Positions 26,045 to 39,858 of a stretch of DNA of 64,000 nucleotides are shown here, piece after piece. The stretch spans positions 44,082,001 through 44,146,000 of the forward strand of contig OX597816.1 in NCBI GenBank assembly GCA_951406725.2, written 5' to 3'. Each line of letters opens with the position of its first letter. Within the stretch, counting starts at the first letter, position 1. The notes under the pieces were generated by a model. That model ran no database searches. It saw nothing but the letters and a program-made list of their open reading frames with translations, and was not told the DNA's origin. The translations under genes were made by a program, and so were the position numbers. The stretch is from Octopus vulgaris (Eukaryota).

Positions 26045-26290
26045 ATATATATAGAAAATAGTAAAGAGTGAAAAAACGACAGAAGGCTTAAATGTTAAAA
26101 AATATATATATTTGCGTCAATATGTCTGAAGAATATTAGAAAATTTTTTTTTTTATTTTCTAATATTCTTCAGACATATTGACGCAAATATATATATATA
26201 TATTTTAACATTTAAGCCTTCTGTCGTTTTTTCACTCTTTACTATTTTCTATATATTCACCCACGTGCTTTCACAAACCAACTTTCTTAT
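26045..26290 (+). mobile_element. Fold-back element: near-perfect 100 bp hairpin plus tail of about 35 nt, in (TA)n
   Basis: Arms 26045-26144 and 26155-26256 with a T-run loop. Confidence 0.85.
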
Positions 26291-26741
26291 ATATACATAC
26301 ATAGATATATATATATATATATATATATATACGGTGAGTAAATATTTAAGTGAGTACTCGTAAAGATGTTGTTATTGGTATTATTATTAGCAGCAAATCT
26401 AAATAATTGATAACAACCTCAATAATAACATCAGTGGGAGCAAGCGATATTAGAATTTAACAGCTATACAATAAATTATATTAGAATACCCTTCGTGTTT
26501 CCAGAATTTGAAATCACGATGCAGGTATATCTGTAAATCATTTTACAGCTTTTTAGCTGTTAAATTCTGCTCGTTTGCCCGATTCTTGTTGGTCCATTGC
26601 ATATTTTCAGTGATTGGTTGTTAAGTTGGGGAACTTTACTTTCACTTTCTTACAAGCTGGAGCTTTGCGTACCCTCTAATATACTTATGAATTTGTGTGT
26701 ATATGCGTGCGTGCGTGTGCGTGTGTGTGTATACGTGTGTG

Positions 26742-26772
<31 letters not shown>

Positions 26773-26920
26773 ACATACATATATCACTACATACATACAT
26801 ACATAATAAATACACACACACACACATACATAAGTTTACTATTCATAACATCGTATGCTAAAATAGATGTACAGAAGCGATTTCAGAAAATAACATATGC
26901 ACATATTACTAATATATTCA

Positions 26921-27260
26921 CGTGGCATCTTGGGCAAGTGTCTTCTGCTATAGCCTCGGGCCGACCAATGCCTTGTGAGTGGATTTGGTAGACGGAAACT
27001 GAAAGAAGCCTGTCGTATATATGTATATATATATGTATGTGTGTATGTTTGTGTGTCTGTGTTTGTTCCCCTAGCATTGCTTGACAACTGATGCTGGTGT
27101 GTTTACGTCCCCGTCACTTAGCGGTTCGGCAAAAAGTGACCGATAGAATAAGCACTGGGCTTACAAAAAGAATAAGTCCGGGGTCGAGTTGCTCGACTAA
27201 AGGCGGTGCTCCAGCATGGCCGCAGTCAAATGACTGAAACAATTAAAAGAGTAAAGAGTA
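26921..27260 (+). mobile_element. SINE family A, 5'-truncated
   Basis: Family body and tail. Confidence 0.92.
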
Positions 27261-27403
27261 TATAACGTGGTGTAGTTTATAATCTCAAGTACCAGCCTAT
27301 TCATCGTAGCGAGCTAAAATTTGTATGGGCATTTACTAATGCTTCATTATTTGATGGGGAAAAAAATCAAGAAATATTTTTGCATTTTAATCGAAACTTA
27401 CCA

Positions 27404-27618
27404 CGAGAGGTTACTGAAGAGTTCCTGGCTTTAAAGGTATCGCGAAAGGCTTGTTTGGAGACTCAACCGTTCAAGTTCTTTTAAGGGCTTGGAAAAACTG
27501 AAGGACTGCTGCAATAAGTGTGTGAATGTGAGAGGGTAAAGTGATGAAGAAAAGCATTATTAACAGATTCTCGAGGGTTTTCTTTTGCACAAAGCCAGGA
27601 ACGTTTCAGGACCCCTCG
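27404..27618 (+). mobile_element. Mariner-derived MITE
   Basis: TIRs CGAGAGGTTACTGAAGAGTTCCTGGCTTT and AAAGCCAGGAACGTTTCAGGACCCCTCG followed by TA. Internal GLEKLKDCCNKCVNVRG resembles a mariner transposase C-terminus. Confidence 0.85.
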
Positions 27619-27809
27619 TATGTAAATATGAAAACTAGGATACTGGTCTAAATCTTTCCTCCAGCATGACTATAACTCTATCCTAGTCTTTCACGTTGTG
27701 TGCAATACGTCATAAATGTTTCGGATGGCGATACTAATAAAGGCAAACAAACATAATAGTCTATCGATTGTCTGAAACAACTAAAATTTTGAAATCGTAA
27801 GAGAAATAT

Positions 27810-28012
27810 TACTCTTTTACTCTTTTACTTGTTTCAGTCATTTGGATTTGGCCATGCTGGAGCACCGCCCTTAGTCGAGCAAATTGACCACAGCACTTAT
27901 TCTTTGTAAGTCTAGTACTTATTCTATCGGTCTCTTATGCCGAACCAGCGTCGGTTGTCAAGCGATGTTGGGGGGGACAATCACAGGCACACAATCATAC
28001 GCACACACACAC

Positions 28013-28047
<35 letters not shown>

Positions 28048-28197
28048 ACGGGCTTCGTTTAGTTTCCGTCTACCAAATCCGCTCACAAGTCTTTGGTCGG
28101 CCCGAGACAATAGTAGAAGACACTTGCCCAAGGTGCCACGCAGTGGGACTGAACCCGAAATCATGTGGTTGGTAAGCAAGCTACTTAACACACAGCC
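27810..28197 (-). mobile_element. SINE family A
   Basis: Reverse-complement family match with an internal deletion. Confidence 0.92.
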
Positions 28198-29664
28198 TAT
28201 GAATATTGTTGAACATTAGCACATCATACCGTACTAATTGATTAGGAAGCTCGTGAAAAGCTCACCTTATCACCGTTTTGTCACACTGTTGTGTTACGCT
28301 GTTTTGTGACTGTTTTGTTGCGTCGTTTTGTCACTGCTTTGTTACACAGTTTTGCTAATTGATTGCTCCATTCTTTCAGATGTGTAGAATACACGAGGAA
28401 GCCTAAAAAACTGTACATAACTTGCACTATTATACTTGTTAAATTGCTGATGCTTGTTCATAAAATTGAATGATGACCGTATTTTAGGGATCGTTCAATC
28501 ACTCTACACTCTAATCCATGTGTACTACATTTCCTTTTAATGAGATAAGTAAATATTTGTTGGGGAAGAGCATATATACCACAGCACACTGTATGCGTAT
28601 TTTCTCACATTTACTGCAAACATTGAGTGTTGTGTTTCCTCCATAGCTTCCAAACAGAGACCGTCAAATTAAGCAACGGAGAGAGATGAAATTTCTCTTT
28701 GATTGGTTGCTCTCGATCTGCTTGAAAGTGGTATTCAGCTGGTGCTTAAATGGTTTATATTCTTCTAATCCAAAACTCACACACATACACATAAACAAAC
28801 ACACACACTCTCGCACCCACGTACACACACATATATATTTACATATTGGTAGCATAAATATCTATTTATCTTACTGTCGGTTAATTTGGTGGCATTTATG
28901 GATCACTATATATCAATGATATTCAATTTGCATAAATTCTACTACTTACTCCACGTTATTTAAACATCGTAATAGCGAAGCAAAACAGTTACGAACAATT
29001 TAAACCACAGACACACACACACGCAAACACTCATATATGTGTGTGTGTGTGTAAGTATATACCTACAGACATACGAATATATATGTGTATATATATATAT
29101 ATAAACACACAAATAGTATTCATATAAGCGTGTGTATATATATATGTATATGTGTGTGCAAATATGTATGTGTGTAAAGTGTGTGTATGCAGATTCTAAA
29201 ATGCATTATATCATTAGAGAGTAAAATGACATGAAATAATAACAAAATAAAAACGGATGAACTGGTAAATATAATATCACGAATCAAAATATTGAATTTG
29301 GCGAACACGGAAATGCATATTCTAAATATGTGGTACACTAAAGGCCCTCCAGCTAAACATGCCACATGCGGTAAACGTTTTAATCAAGAACTATCATCCT
29401 GCTGTAATTGAATAAAGGAAATGTATTTAAATGTCTACATTTGTAAAGATTTCAGATCTTTTGTTATATTGTTGAGTTCATTAGATTACTTAAGAAAAGA
29501 TAATCCTCTGTAATACACATGTTACTATATAAAGATACAATTGTTATGCACAACGATCGATAATTCCCCAATTAACTTTGAGATTGTCAATGTCGTAGTT
29601 ATTCTTCTTTCATATACATATATATGTATATGTGTGTATACCCATTTATACATATGTTTATATA

Positions 29665-29760
<96 letters not shown>

Positions 29761-29930
29761 TACATAGATTCATACATGCATACATACATACATATCTATA
29801 TCTACAGAGGTGATATTTATCCCGACTTAAACGTGGATATTATGTCAGAAGAAAGTATCTGCGTCAGATATGAGAGGAACTCACATACTGGCTGTTGGTG
29901 CTAGCAGGGATATAAATCACCGCCACTTAC

Positions 29931-29992
29931 AGCGCGGAGACCACTAGTTCAGATGATTTCGCCCCTCTTTGGTCTTGTCAATGTTGGGCGCT
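29931..29992 (-). ncRNA. Decayed type I hammerhead-like motif
   Basis: Minus strand AGCGC-ccaaca-TTGACAA-GACC-aaagag-GGGC-GAAA-TCA..TGG-TC|tcc-GCGCT. The core differs from CTGACGA by two transitions. Confidence 0.5.
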
Positions 29993-30714
29993 CACTAGCT
30001 AGAGATATATATTTCAACAAGTTCACTTGCTAATTACGACACCTGTTCGTAATTGATCTGTTACTGGCCCTATTTATTACAGAAACAGCTTCCCGCTAAA
30101 GCGTATAATTTCTTTGTTTACAAGTATATTGATGCTATCAACCCAACCATTATTTGTATTTTTATTGCATCTTTTTTTTGTTCATAGAGCAAATATAGAC
30201 AACTTTAATTATATTTCTTCTAAATAATGTCAATATCTCCCTTTTGTGTTGGACAGACATTTTGCTATGGAAATCGTTTCAATAGAGAGTATCCTCCTCA
30301 TCTGCAATGTGTTCGCAATCATATCATTAGGCTACGGATTATGACACCAGACAGTAAGACGCAAATGTTTCCACCTCTTAGGCATCATTAGCCATGGATA
30401 TCAAATGGTGGGTCATAACCCTCAAAGAATACTTATTCATATATATATATATAAACAGCGACTCGTAGTTTTGATGGTTTTTATTAAAAGAAACACCCGT
30501 TCATTGAGTGTTATAAATGACATATCTATAGCTGCTAAAATATTACAATGCAGAAACCCATCTATTCTCTGCACCAATATTGAGCTTTCGTACATCATTG
30601 AGAAGAATCGTTTCCTCACGTCCAAGTGTATACGAAACGCATTTATATATGATTGTAAAACCCATTTCCTTCTATGCTGCTCTACAACTTAATCTCCCTC
30701 TCTCTCTTTGTTTG

Positions 30715-30745
<31 letters not shown>

Positions 30746-30883
30746 AGCTAACTATACACATACGTACGTAATAAATATATAAGACAGACGTACATGAATA
30801 TAGGTAGTACAATTTTAGTGTTTCTTAGTAAGATATTTATCAATGCAAAACACCAAACAACTAGCTGATACTATGATTAAATA

Positions 30884-31213
30884 TTCTTTTACTCTTTTAC
30901 ACGTTTCAGTCATTTGACTAGGCCATGCTGGAACACCACCTTTTGTCGAAGAAATCGACCCTAGGACTTATTATTTGTAAGCCTATTACTTATTCCATCA
31001 GTCTCTTTTGCCGAATCACTAAGTTTTGGAGACATCAGCACACCAACATCGGTTGTGAAGCGATGATGTGGTGAAAAACACAGACACAAACACACACACT
31101 TAATTATATATACACACACACACGACAGGTTTCTTACAGGGTCTGTCTAAAAAATCCAATCACAAGGCTTTGGTCTGCCGGAGGCCATAATAGGAGAGAC
31201 TTACCCAAGGTGC
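30884..31213 (-). mobile_element. SINE family A, diverged
   Basis: Reverse-complement match to tail and body. Confidence 0.88.
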
Positions 31214-32007
31214 AACTCCTTTACTCCTGTTGTGTCCAATTTAATTGCAGTATCCCATGTTTCTATTTCTTTATATAGTTTTTCGTTACGTCCGTTATGT
31301 CCGTTATATAATAAAATGTATTTTCTTTCCCAGGGTGAGGGTGGTGGGATTTGGAGCTCCTGTGTGCTTATGCTTGTCTTTATATCAGGCGGGACATGGA
31401 GAGGACTGGTGTCTGTAGGGAGCGGTTGGCGTCGAGTGGATGTGGGTGGGGCGAGTGGCAAGGTATGAAATCCCTTGCCAGACTGGTTTCAATGCCTTAT
31501 CTATTTGTACCGTCGACATATTCTTAATTTTTCTGACTGCTATTGAATACGTTCTATAAATTACCGTTCTTCCTGCTACTTCCTTCGAAACGTCTTTTGG
31601 AGGAACACCTTCACTTCGTTTCCCTCCCTTTCAAGCATTCCTTTAAACTTGTTTACATCCTCCAACCATATGTCTTCGTATTTTTCTTCTTTCTTTTTCG
31701 ATTATCGTCGTACATATCAGTGTAAATTAAAGGGACATATTTTTAATGCTTTGATGTACAGCTGCAACTCACTTTTTAGACAATTCCTGTTGAATAGTTT
31801 CTATAGACCGGTCTTTAATAGGGATACTTTTATTCATTCGCCTTAGAAGAATTTTGATATCTTATTTTATGTTTAAAGGAGTCGTGTATGAGGAGTAATT
31901 AATGTTACAAACATTTGTTCTTCGTATTAGAAGTCACATAATACTGTATCTTGGCATTTTTATTTTTGAACGCACTAAATGTTAAATCATTATCACAGTA
32001 ATAAATT

Positions 32008-32147
32008 CAGTTCAAATTCAGGCAACATCGACTTTGCCTTTCATCCTTTTGGGGTCGATAAAAAAATACCAGTTAAACACTGGGGTCGATGCAACTGACT
32101 AGCCCCCTCCCCCGAAATTACTGGCCTTGTGCCAAAATTCGAATACC
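32008..32147 (+). mobile_element. SINE family B-related, partial
   Basis: gactttgcctttcatccttttggggtcgataa..accagttaaacactggggtcgat. Confidence 0.85.
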
Positions 32148-34710
32148 ATCATTATACTCATGGATTACCTTGTCGAAAAGTTCCTTGAAATTTCAGATTT
32201 TTCAGATCCTTCTATAACATTCAAGCGAACTAAATTAAGTAGGGTTACATCCACATGTAGAACCATCTTTGCACACCCCTCCAATCGGTGAAGCAAAATA
32301 GATCCGATAATATTTGAAGCAGAAATCATTTCAGCTAAACCGAACCAAGCCGCAAAACGTAAACTCTTCTTTGTTATAGGGAAATGCAGGTTTAAGCAAT
32401 GTTCGTTCAACCACACATCATCTCTCGAACACAAAGAGAACAAGAGTTCCTCAGCATCATGGAGTTATATGTAGGTTTCAAAATTGGAAAATTATGGCTT
32501 TGAAATGAAGTAGAACTTATTTCTAACATAATATTACTAACATATCGTGATTTAAATGCTTCTTGTAGAAGGTTCAGCGTTCATATAGTAACCCCCGATA
32601 GTTTTCCAATGAAATTTGCTCTTGTGACTTTTTATTCCCAAGAACGGAGTCTTCGAAACAATCCGCAAACATTTCCAACCGAGATAAAAATTCTCCAATA
32701 CAAAACACAAATAAAGAAAATTAAAACGAAAGCAAACAAACAAACAAAAAAAAGCCCGGAAGAGTGAATTTTGAAGGAGGAGGACAATATTCATAATTTT
32801 TCATATTGTTTTTTAAATTGAAAGCATTTTCTTTTCCAATTTATGAATAATTAAAGTCATTTTCCAAGTTAGAACTAATTAATAAATTTAACTACTACTA
32901 TTATAATAAAAATAAAATATTTAAGAAACAATGAAAGAAACGAATGTGTTCTCTGGATTAATTCATGATTTCTCTGTAATTTCTCTTTATTTCCGACTGT
33001 CTTTTTTTCTGCAGAAAAAAAATGAATAAGAATACACCAATTACTTCTGTGAACAGTTAACAACAGATTTATTTCGTGTGCAAAACAACATTTCTATTTT
33101 ACATGAGGGCTGTTCAACGGGAAATATCTGGGTTTCATAATTGCACTGCAATTATTCACTGTCATATTCTGTACATAAAAACTATCCTCTGACCTCTCTC
33201 TCCCTTTCTCTCTCTTTTCCACTCTTTCTCTTCCCCTCTCTTTGTCTGTCTTACTTTTTCCTTGCTAATTCAACTATTTCTATCACTACATCTCTTCTTT
33301 CACTCCTTTATTCATGGCCCCTTATATTTAAATACAATATTTTTTTATAAAATCAGGGCATGGGATGAAAGTATAAAACGTACTGTAGAATCAACGTTTT
33401 GGTATTTGTTGCAGAATAAAGGTATTTTCCACTCTTTATGTTTTGGGTTCAAATCTTGCCAAGATAAACTTTAGCTTTTATCTTTTCTAGCTCCATTGTC
33501 TGAAAACAACTGGTTTGTGCTTTAATTAATTGCAATTATTTAATGCACAAAATAAAATCGTGAGCTGGTAGAAACTTAAGAGTTGTAAAAAAATTATCTT
33601 CCATATTTGTTACTGCTTTTCACATTGTGAGTACAAATTCCGACCTGGTCAACTTATCTTTATACCTTTTTAGGATCAAGAAAATATAATATCTATCAAG
33701 ATTTGAAGTTAATGGTATGGACTTACATACTTCCCACAAATTTACTGGTCTGTTACCTAACATAAAAAACTATTTAATAAAGAAAATAATTTTAACGATT
33801 CTGCCACCTCACCGCCCTTATTCTATGTAAAATATTGTCTCTCGGTGTTTTTTCGATACTAGTAGAGCTTTTTAAATAGACATCATTTCATATTGATATG
33901 CTCAAATGTATGTGTGAGATACTGGAAGAATATATAATTTTGTATCTCTTTTAATATGTGAAAGTGTGTACTTAATATTTGGAGATACTACTTTTAAATG
34001 AAAAATTTTAATAATGTATGGACATTTCAGACAGCTCTTGTAATATTCATAGTCTCTCTCGAAAACTATTTTCTAATGTGTCGGAACAGCATACCTTGAA
34101 GTGTTTTCAGAAAAAGAAACCTCTTACAATATCGAGCAAGCTGAAATAATATCTTGTGAGAAGTTTTACATTAACATTCTCCAAGACGTTGTGGTGCTTC
34201 TTTGATATTATTTTCTATGCCTGTTTACAATCTATTATCCAGGATATTTGGCATAAACACCAGGATAGCACGAAGGAACACGTACTATATGAAGCAGTCA
34301 AGAAGGAAGAATTGTACGACAAGGGTTTAACTCGACGGTATTCTACAAAATCTTGATACTCGTTTAAAATACTGAACATTATTCCTTGGCTGTACGGATC
34401 CGTTACAGTGAGTACTATCAGTTCCACCTACAACTGCAGTCGAAAGTCTCAGTCGAGGAATTTTTCAGACAACCTTTTTCTTTCCAGTGATTTTAGACAA
34501 ACGCTGACCCTTATTGCAAAGATCACACCTGCCGAAGAGCAAGATTAGAAAAGAAAAAGAAGAAAAACGTCATTTTTACTGTAACTCGTAAGTTGCACTT
34601 AATAGAGGTGTCTTAGCAGCTTAGTTTATTCTAGTTTTGCTTCAGTTACATCTAAGGATCAGTTATTAGTTGACTCTGCAAGGCAGAATGTCAAAATGGA
34701 AAAAAGTACT

Positions 34711-34874
34711 AGTGGCTGTGTGGTAAGTAGCTTGCTTAAGAACAACATGGTTCCGGGTTCAGTTCCACAGCGTGGCACCATGGGCAAGTGTCTTCTACTA
34801 TAGCCTCGGGCCGACCAAAGCTTTGTCAGTGGATTTGGTAGACGGAAACTGAAAAGAAGCCCATCGTATATATT

Positions 34875-34927
<53 letters not shown>

Positions 34928-35131
34928 CTCCTGTGTTTGTCCCCCCAACATCGCTTGACAACCGATGCTTGTGTGTTTACGTCCCCGTAGCTTAGCGGTT
35001 CGGCAAAAAGAGACCGATAGAATGAGTAGAAGGCTTACAAAGAATAAGACCTGGGGTCGATTTGCTCGATTAAAAGGTGGTGCTCCAGCAGAACCGCAGT
35101 CAAATGACTGAAACAAGTAAAAGAGTAAAAG
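34711..35131 (+). mobile_element. SINE family A, full length
   Basis: Head, body, internal (TG)n and aagtaaaaga tail. Confidence 0.93.
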
Positions 35132-35249
35132 ATATACATCTAGAAAATTGCAAATGAAAGTTTGACCTCGCTTCTTACAACATTATAGGGACCATGGGTG
35201 ATTTTTCTAAACATGCCAGACTATTTTCAAAAAAATGATATTCTGAAGG

Positions 35250-35710
35250 GTGTTTGATACCGCCATTACTCAACAAGTATCGATCCATATCAGATGGTAC
35301 AAGTTAGTTCGCACTGCAGTTGTCATTAAAGAGGCTGGCACCTATATAACAGAGATCCTCAACTCTTTTAATCTTCACAATCTGCAACTGAAAATGGGAC
35401 CATTCAACATGTTGCCATGGAATTTGCATGCACCTAAGGTCTTTACAGGTCTTTAAGAACTGTTGTGCCCCAAGTAGTCGATGCCACATTTATGGCCGGA
35501 GGCTTAGAAGAATAGATGATTTTATTTCTCCATATCATATCAGATACGCTACACTTTCTATCAGATATGTTGTTTCAATTCAACTGCATTGCTTTTCAGT
35601 ATTTATTTTTATGATCACGAACAAAGCTTAGGGGCAGTCACTTAGCTGCTGAATTTTAAATAAGTGCATGTGCCCTTATGTTCAGTTCAATATTCAATGG
35701 TCTAACCAGT
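35250..35710 (+). pseudogene. Helitron RepHel (PIF1-like helicase) remnant
   Basis: Manual translation YITEILNSFN..HNLQLKMGPFNMLPWNLHAPK..VVDAT..SDMLFQF..MITNKA*GQSL parallels the family motifs YPTEFLNSL..PHxLxLKVG.PIMLLRNL..AMTINKAQGQSL. Confidence 0.8.
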
Positions 35711-35889
35711 TCTCCTGGTCTATGTAGTTTACAATAACATGAATGATCTTGTAAGTACAAAAAAAAAACCTTCTCGCAACTTAGATATAAGTGTAAATTT
35801 AATTTTATGCATATCTGAAAATTATATATATATATATAAATATAATCAATGGGTGGTATTATTACTAGTATGTATGTTTCTGTCCGGCA

Positions 35890-36092
35890 TTCACCATAAT
35901 AGATCGCTAGCCACTACACATTCTTTATTTTCTCTCCTTGGTTATTTCTGTGTCACTTTCTGGTGGAAGAGCGTTGGCTCGAAACATTAAAGTCTTTTTC
36001 TCTTCCAGAGCGTTATACTAATACAACTGTTTATTGTCTACACCAACTGTCTTAGTCTTCTGTCTTTTGGGGTTTTTTTTGTGAATTCTCCC
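35890..36092 (+). mobile_element. (TA)n-anchored element family P3 with decayed minimal hammerhead (35956-35992)
   Basis: CTTT-CTGGTGGA-A-GAGC-gttg-GCTC-GAAA-CA-TT|AAAG; homologous to 42800-42990(-). Confidence 0.7.
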
Positions 36093-36120
36093 TATATATA
36101 TAGGGAGAATTTTCACAAAA

Positions 36121-36310
36121 GGATAGCATTTTTTCCGATTGCCGGATAACTGAAGAGATGGCGGTGTGGATTTCCACCCCGACATCTGAAACTCGGAGTT
36201 TTATCATGGCTACCGAATAAGTGTCATATATTACATTTACATATAAATTTCTCTGTTTACTTAATATCGAGGTATCTTTCATTCTTATGTTGTCTTACCA
36301 TTTCTATCAA
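36121..36310 (+). mobile_element. (TA)n-anchored hammerhead element family P4
   Basis: Tail homologous to 40255-40336; ends in (TA)n. Confidence 0.75.
36141..36210 (+). ncRNA. Type I hammerhead ribozyme, near-intact
   Basis: GCCG-GATAA-CTGAAGA(36150-56)-GATG.CGG.GTGGA/TCCAC.CCG.CATC-T-GAAA(36188-91)-CTCGGAG-TT|TTATC-a-TGGC. Confidence 0.85.
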
Positions 36311-36337
36311 TATATATATACATACATACATACATAC

Positions 36338-36404
<67 letters not shown>

Positions 36405-36740
36405 TATATATATATATGTATATATGTATGTATGTATGTATGTATTTATCTATGTATAGTAAAAATGGCTTTTAGATGGAAACTTTTACATGCTCCTCAC
36501 TTTTTAAACCTTATATCTATGATGTATTATTGTAAATATAATTATCAGTAAACTATTTTCGTTTTCATTAGCGAAATTACGAAAATATTTTGTGGCCATT
36601 TTGGATAAAATTTGTTTTATTTCTCTCTCCTCCACGTTCACGTGAATTAAATTTTTTAAATTATCAGTATTGGTAGGGAGTACATCAGCAACAAGAAAAG
36701 CTAGAAAATCTAAAGCAATAAGGAATCATGGAGTCTAGCT

Positions 36741-37154
36741 GGATCGGGCGACGAGTTGTGTTCTTGAGCAAAACACTTCACTTCACGTTGCTCCAGTCCA
36801 CAAAGCTGGCAAAAATGAGTAACGCTTGGCGTCCTCTCCAGCTGGGGAACACGTATGCCATTGAAACCACCGGGAAACTGAGCCCATTAGCCTAGCTAGA
36901 CTTTAAACCGGTGCATGACTTAGTAGTTAGGGAGTCAGCACAATGATCGTAAGACTGTGGTTTCGATTCCTGGACCGGGCGACGAGTTGTGTTCTTGAGC
37001 AAAACACTCTATTTCACGTTGCTCCAGTCCATTCAGCTGGCAAAAATGAGTAACGCTGCGATGGACTTGCGTCCCGTTCAGCTGGGGAACACATACGCCA
37101 ATGAAACCGGGAAGCCGGGCCCATGAGCCTGGCTAGGCTTAATAAAGGGCGCAT
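36741..37154 (+). mobile_element. Two tandem SINE family C copies
   Basis: 36741-36915 (5'-truncated) is directly followed by 36909-37154. Confidence 0.9.
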
Positions 37155-37760
37155 TCATTTTTTTATTTTATTTAATATATCACTCTCTTTTGCCGAGACT
37201 TTACGGAGACGTAAACAAACCGACACCAAATTTAACTGAGTGGAACTGAGCCGAAGACCACATGGTAGGGATGCAAGATTCTTAACAAAATACCAATTGT
37301 TAACAACAAAAACGCACAGAGCGATTGAACCTGGGTTCACCTGAGCTCAAATACCAACGGCAACAATATTAAAAACGTGAGTTGAGTTTTGACAACTGGT
37401 CATAGAACTGGATCTAACATTGGGTCTATGCTTGATAAAATATATTATCTACATCTGTACGAAAATAAATCCGCGCCCTCACAGTCGATTATTTATGATG
37501 ATTCATACTACTATGTTTATGTGCGATACAAGATTAATATTCGTTTCTGAAAGATTTCAATCCTTTAAAACCTATAGTTACTTAAATACCATCTTATGGA
37601 ACAATTTCTGCGAGGATGCAAAATTGAAATATTGAGAAGTAGGAAAGAAATTTCAGATGCATTGATATGGGTTTGGAAATTATGTTTCTTTATACCTCTT
37701 CACACAACGCTTCAAATATTTACCAAAACAATATTTGCTTGCACAGCCCCCTCCACACAT

Positions 37761-37811
<51 letters not shown>

Positions 37812-38320
37812 TGCACACATACATATATGCATATACACGTATATAAAAATTATATATATATATAACACACATATATATATATATGTGTGTGTGTGTGTAT
37901 TTATATGCATATATATATACATATTACATATTTTATATATACATATATATATATATATATATTACACACGTATATATCACACAAATACGTGGATGCCCAC
38001 ATGAACAATATAAATAGCAAATATATATATATATATATATGTTTAAGTGTGAGAGAGTGAATGAAGGCGTGTGTATATATGTAAGTGTATGCACATGTGC
38101 ATAACGTGTCTAAATTTGTTTGTTCTGTAACTGAAACTTATACTTCAGATTTACTAATGAAATATTTGGGCAAAATTTTATGCTGCTGTTTAGAATATTC
38201 CGTCATATTTTTTAACAAGTTTATAGTAACATTATGTATTCTATATATAAAAACGCAAAGGAATATAACAATCTTTGTCTACATACCTGTCTTTCTACCA
38301 ATTCTCTCTCTATCTATCTG

Positions 38321-38435
<115 letters not shown>

Positions 38436-38519
38436 CAGCACGTACACTGTAATCTCACACACAGACATGTACATAGATTGTATGCATGTATATATATGTG
38501 TGTGTGTGTGTATGTATGC

Positions 38520-38591
<72 letters not shown>

Positions 38592-38660
38592 GTATAAATA
38601 TATATATGTATGTATATATATGGGTATATATGTGTATGTATATGTGTGTGTGTGTATATC

Positions 38661-38699
<39 letters not shown>

Positions 38700-38700
38700 A

Positions 38701-38911
38701 TATGTTTGTGTCTGTGTTTGTCCCACCCAACATTGCTTGACAACCGATGGTGGTGTGTTTACGACCCCGTAACTTAGCGGTTCGGCAAAAGTGACCGATA
38801 GAAGAAGCACTAGGCTTCCAAAGTATTAGTCCTGGGGTCGATTTGCTCGACTAAAGGCGGTGCTCCAGCATGGCCGCAGTCAAATAACTGAAACAAGTAA
38901 AAGAGTAAATA

Positions 38912-38913
<2 letters not shown>
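38701..38913 (+). mobile_element. SINE family A, 3' half
   Basis: Family match starting at the internal microsatellite. Confidence 0.9.
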
Positions 38914-38969
<56 letters not shown>

Positions 38970-39589
38970 AAGAGAGAGTGCGATATTTGTATGTAAACAG
39001 ATTTGTATGTGTTGGATATGGAGTATTTTAACTGGAATGTAAATCTAACCTTGATTACCAAGATACAAATACGTTTGGCAATTCTATCAAGGCTACGGCA
39101 AATTCAGTGTGCAAAATGCGTTTTGGCTATGGAATAAGCTAAGCATTTAACGAAAAACTAAGAAGGGATATAGCTTGTCGCAGCTAACTACATTCGGTTG
39201 CTATGAAACAGAAAGATTCTGTAATTACACAATCTCTGAGAAGAGTGAAAAGTTATGATGGAGCAAGAAAACCACGAAGGAGGGACAGAGAAATGATGAG
39301 ATAATGTTAAGATGCATAGTGAAATTTTCATTGTTATTGCATTTTGATGTGAGTATGAACGAGGATTTCCCTGCACTTAAAAAATGCATACATCTCATTA
39401 TTGAAACACTTTCGCGTAAGAATGGTAAAGAAATGATACTACAATAGTGTGGTGAATGTGCAGCTACGTGATGTATATGCATTTAAAGGAAAGTGTACCA
39501 GTAAATATACATATTTGCATATATATTTTTATGCAAAGACACACATACATATACGTATATATATATTTCGACGGTATATATACGTATAT

Positions 39590-39823
39590 AGGTGGCGAGC
39601 TGGTAGAAACGTTAGCACACCGGGTGAAATGCTCAGCGGTATTTCGTCTGCGGTTACGTTCTGAGTTCAAATTCCACCAAGGTCGACTTTGCCTTTCATC
39701 CTTTCGGGGTCGATAAATTAAGTACTAGTTACGCACTGGGGTCGATATAATTGACTTAATCCATTTGTCTGTCCTTGTTCGTCCCCTCTGTGTTTAGCTC
39801 CTTGTGGGTAGTAAAGAAATAGG
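39590..39823 (+). mobile_element. SINE family B, full length
   Basis: aggtggcgagctggtagaaacgttagc...gtagtaaagaaatagg. Confidence 0.92.
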
Positions 39824-39858
39824 TATATATACGCATATATATGTATATATATATATAT

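Noticed and set aside
26120-26145. CTGAAGA-atatta-GAAA inside the 100 bp hairpin
   Set aside because: No stem II, stem III or stem I partner.
27414-27450. CTGAAGA...CGAAA resembling a hammerhead
   Set aside because: It lies in the terminal inverted repeat of a mariner MITE, with no stems I or III.
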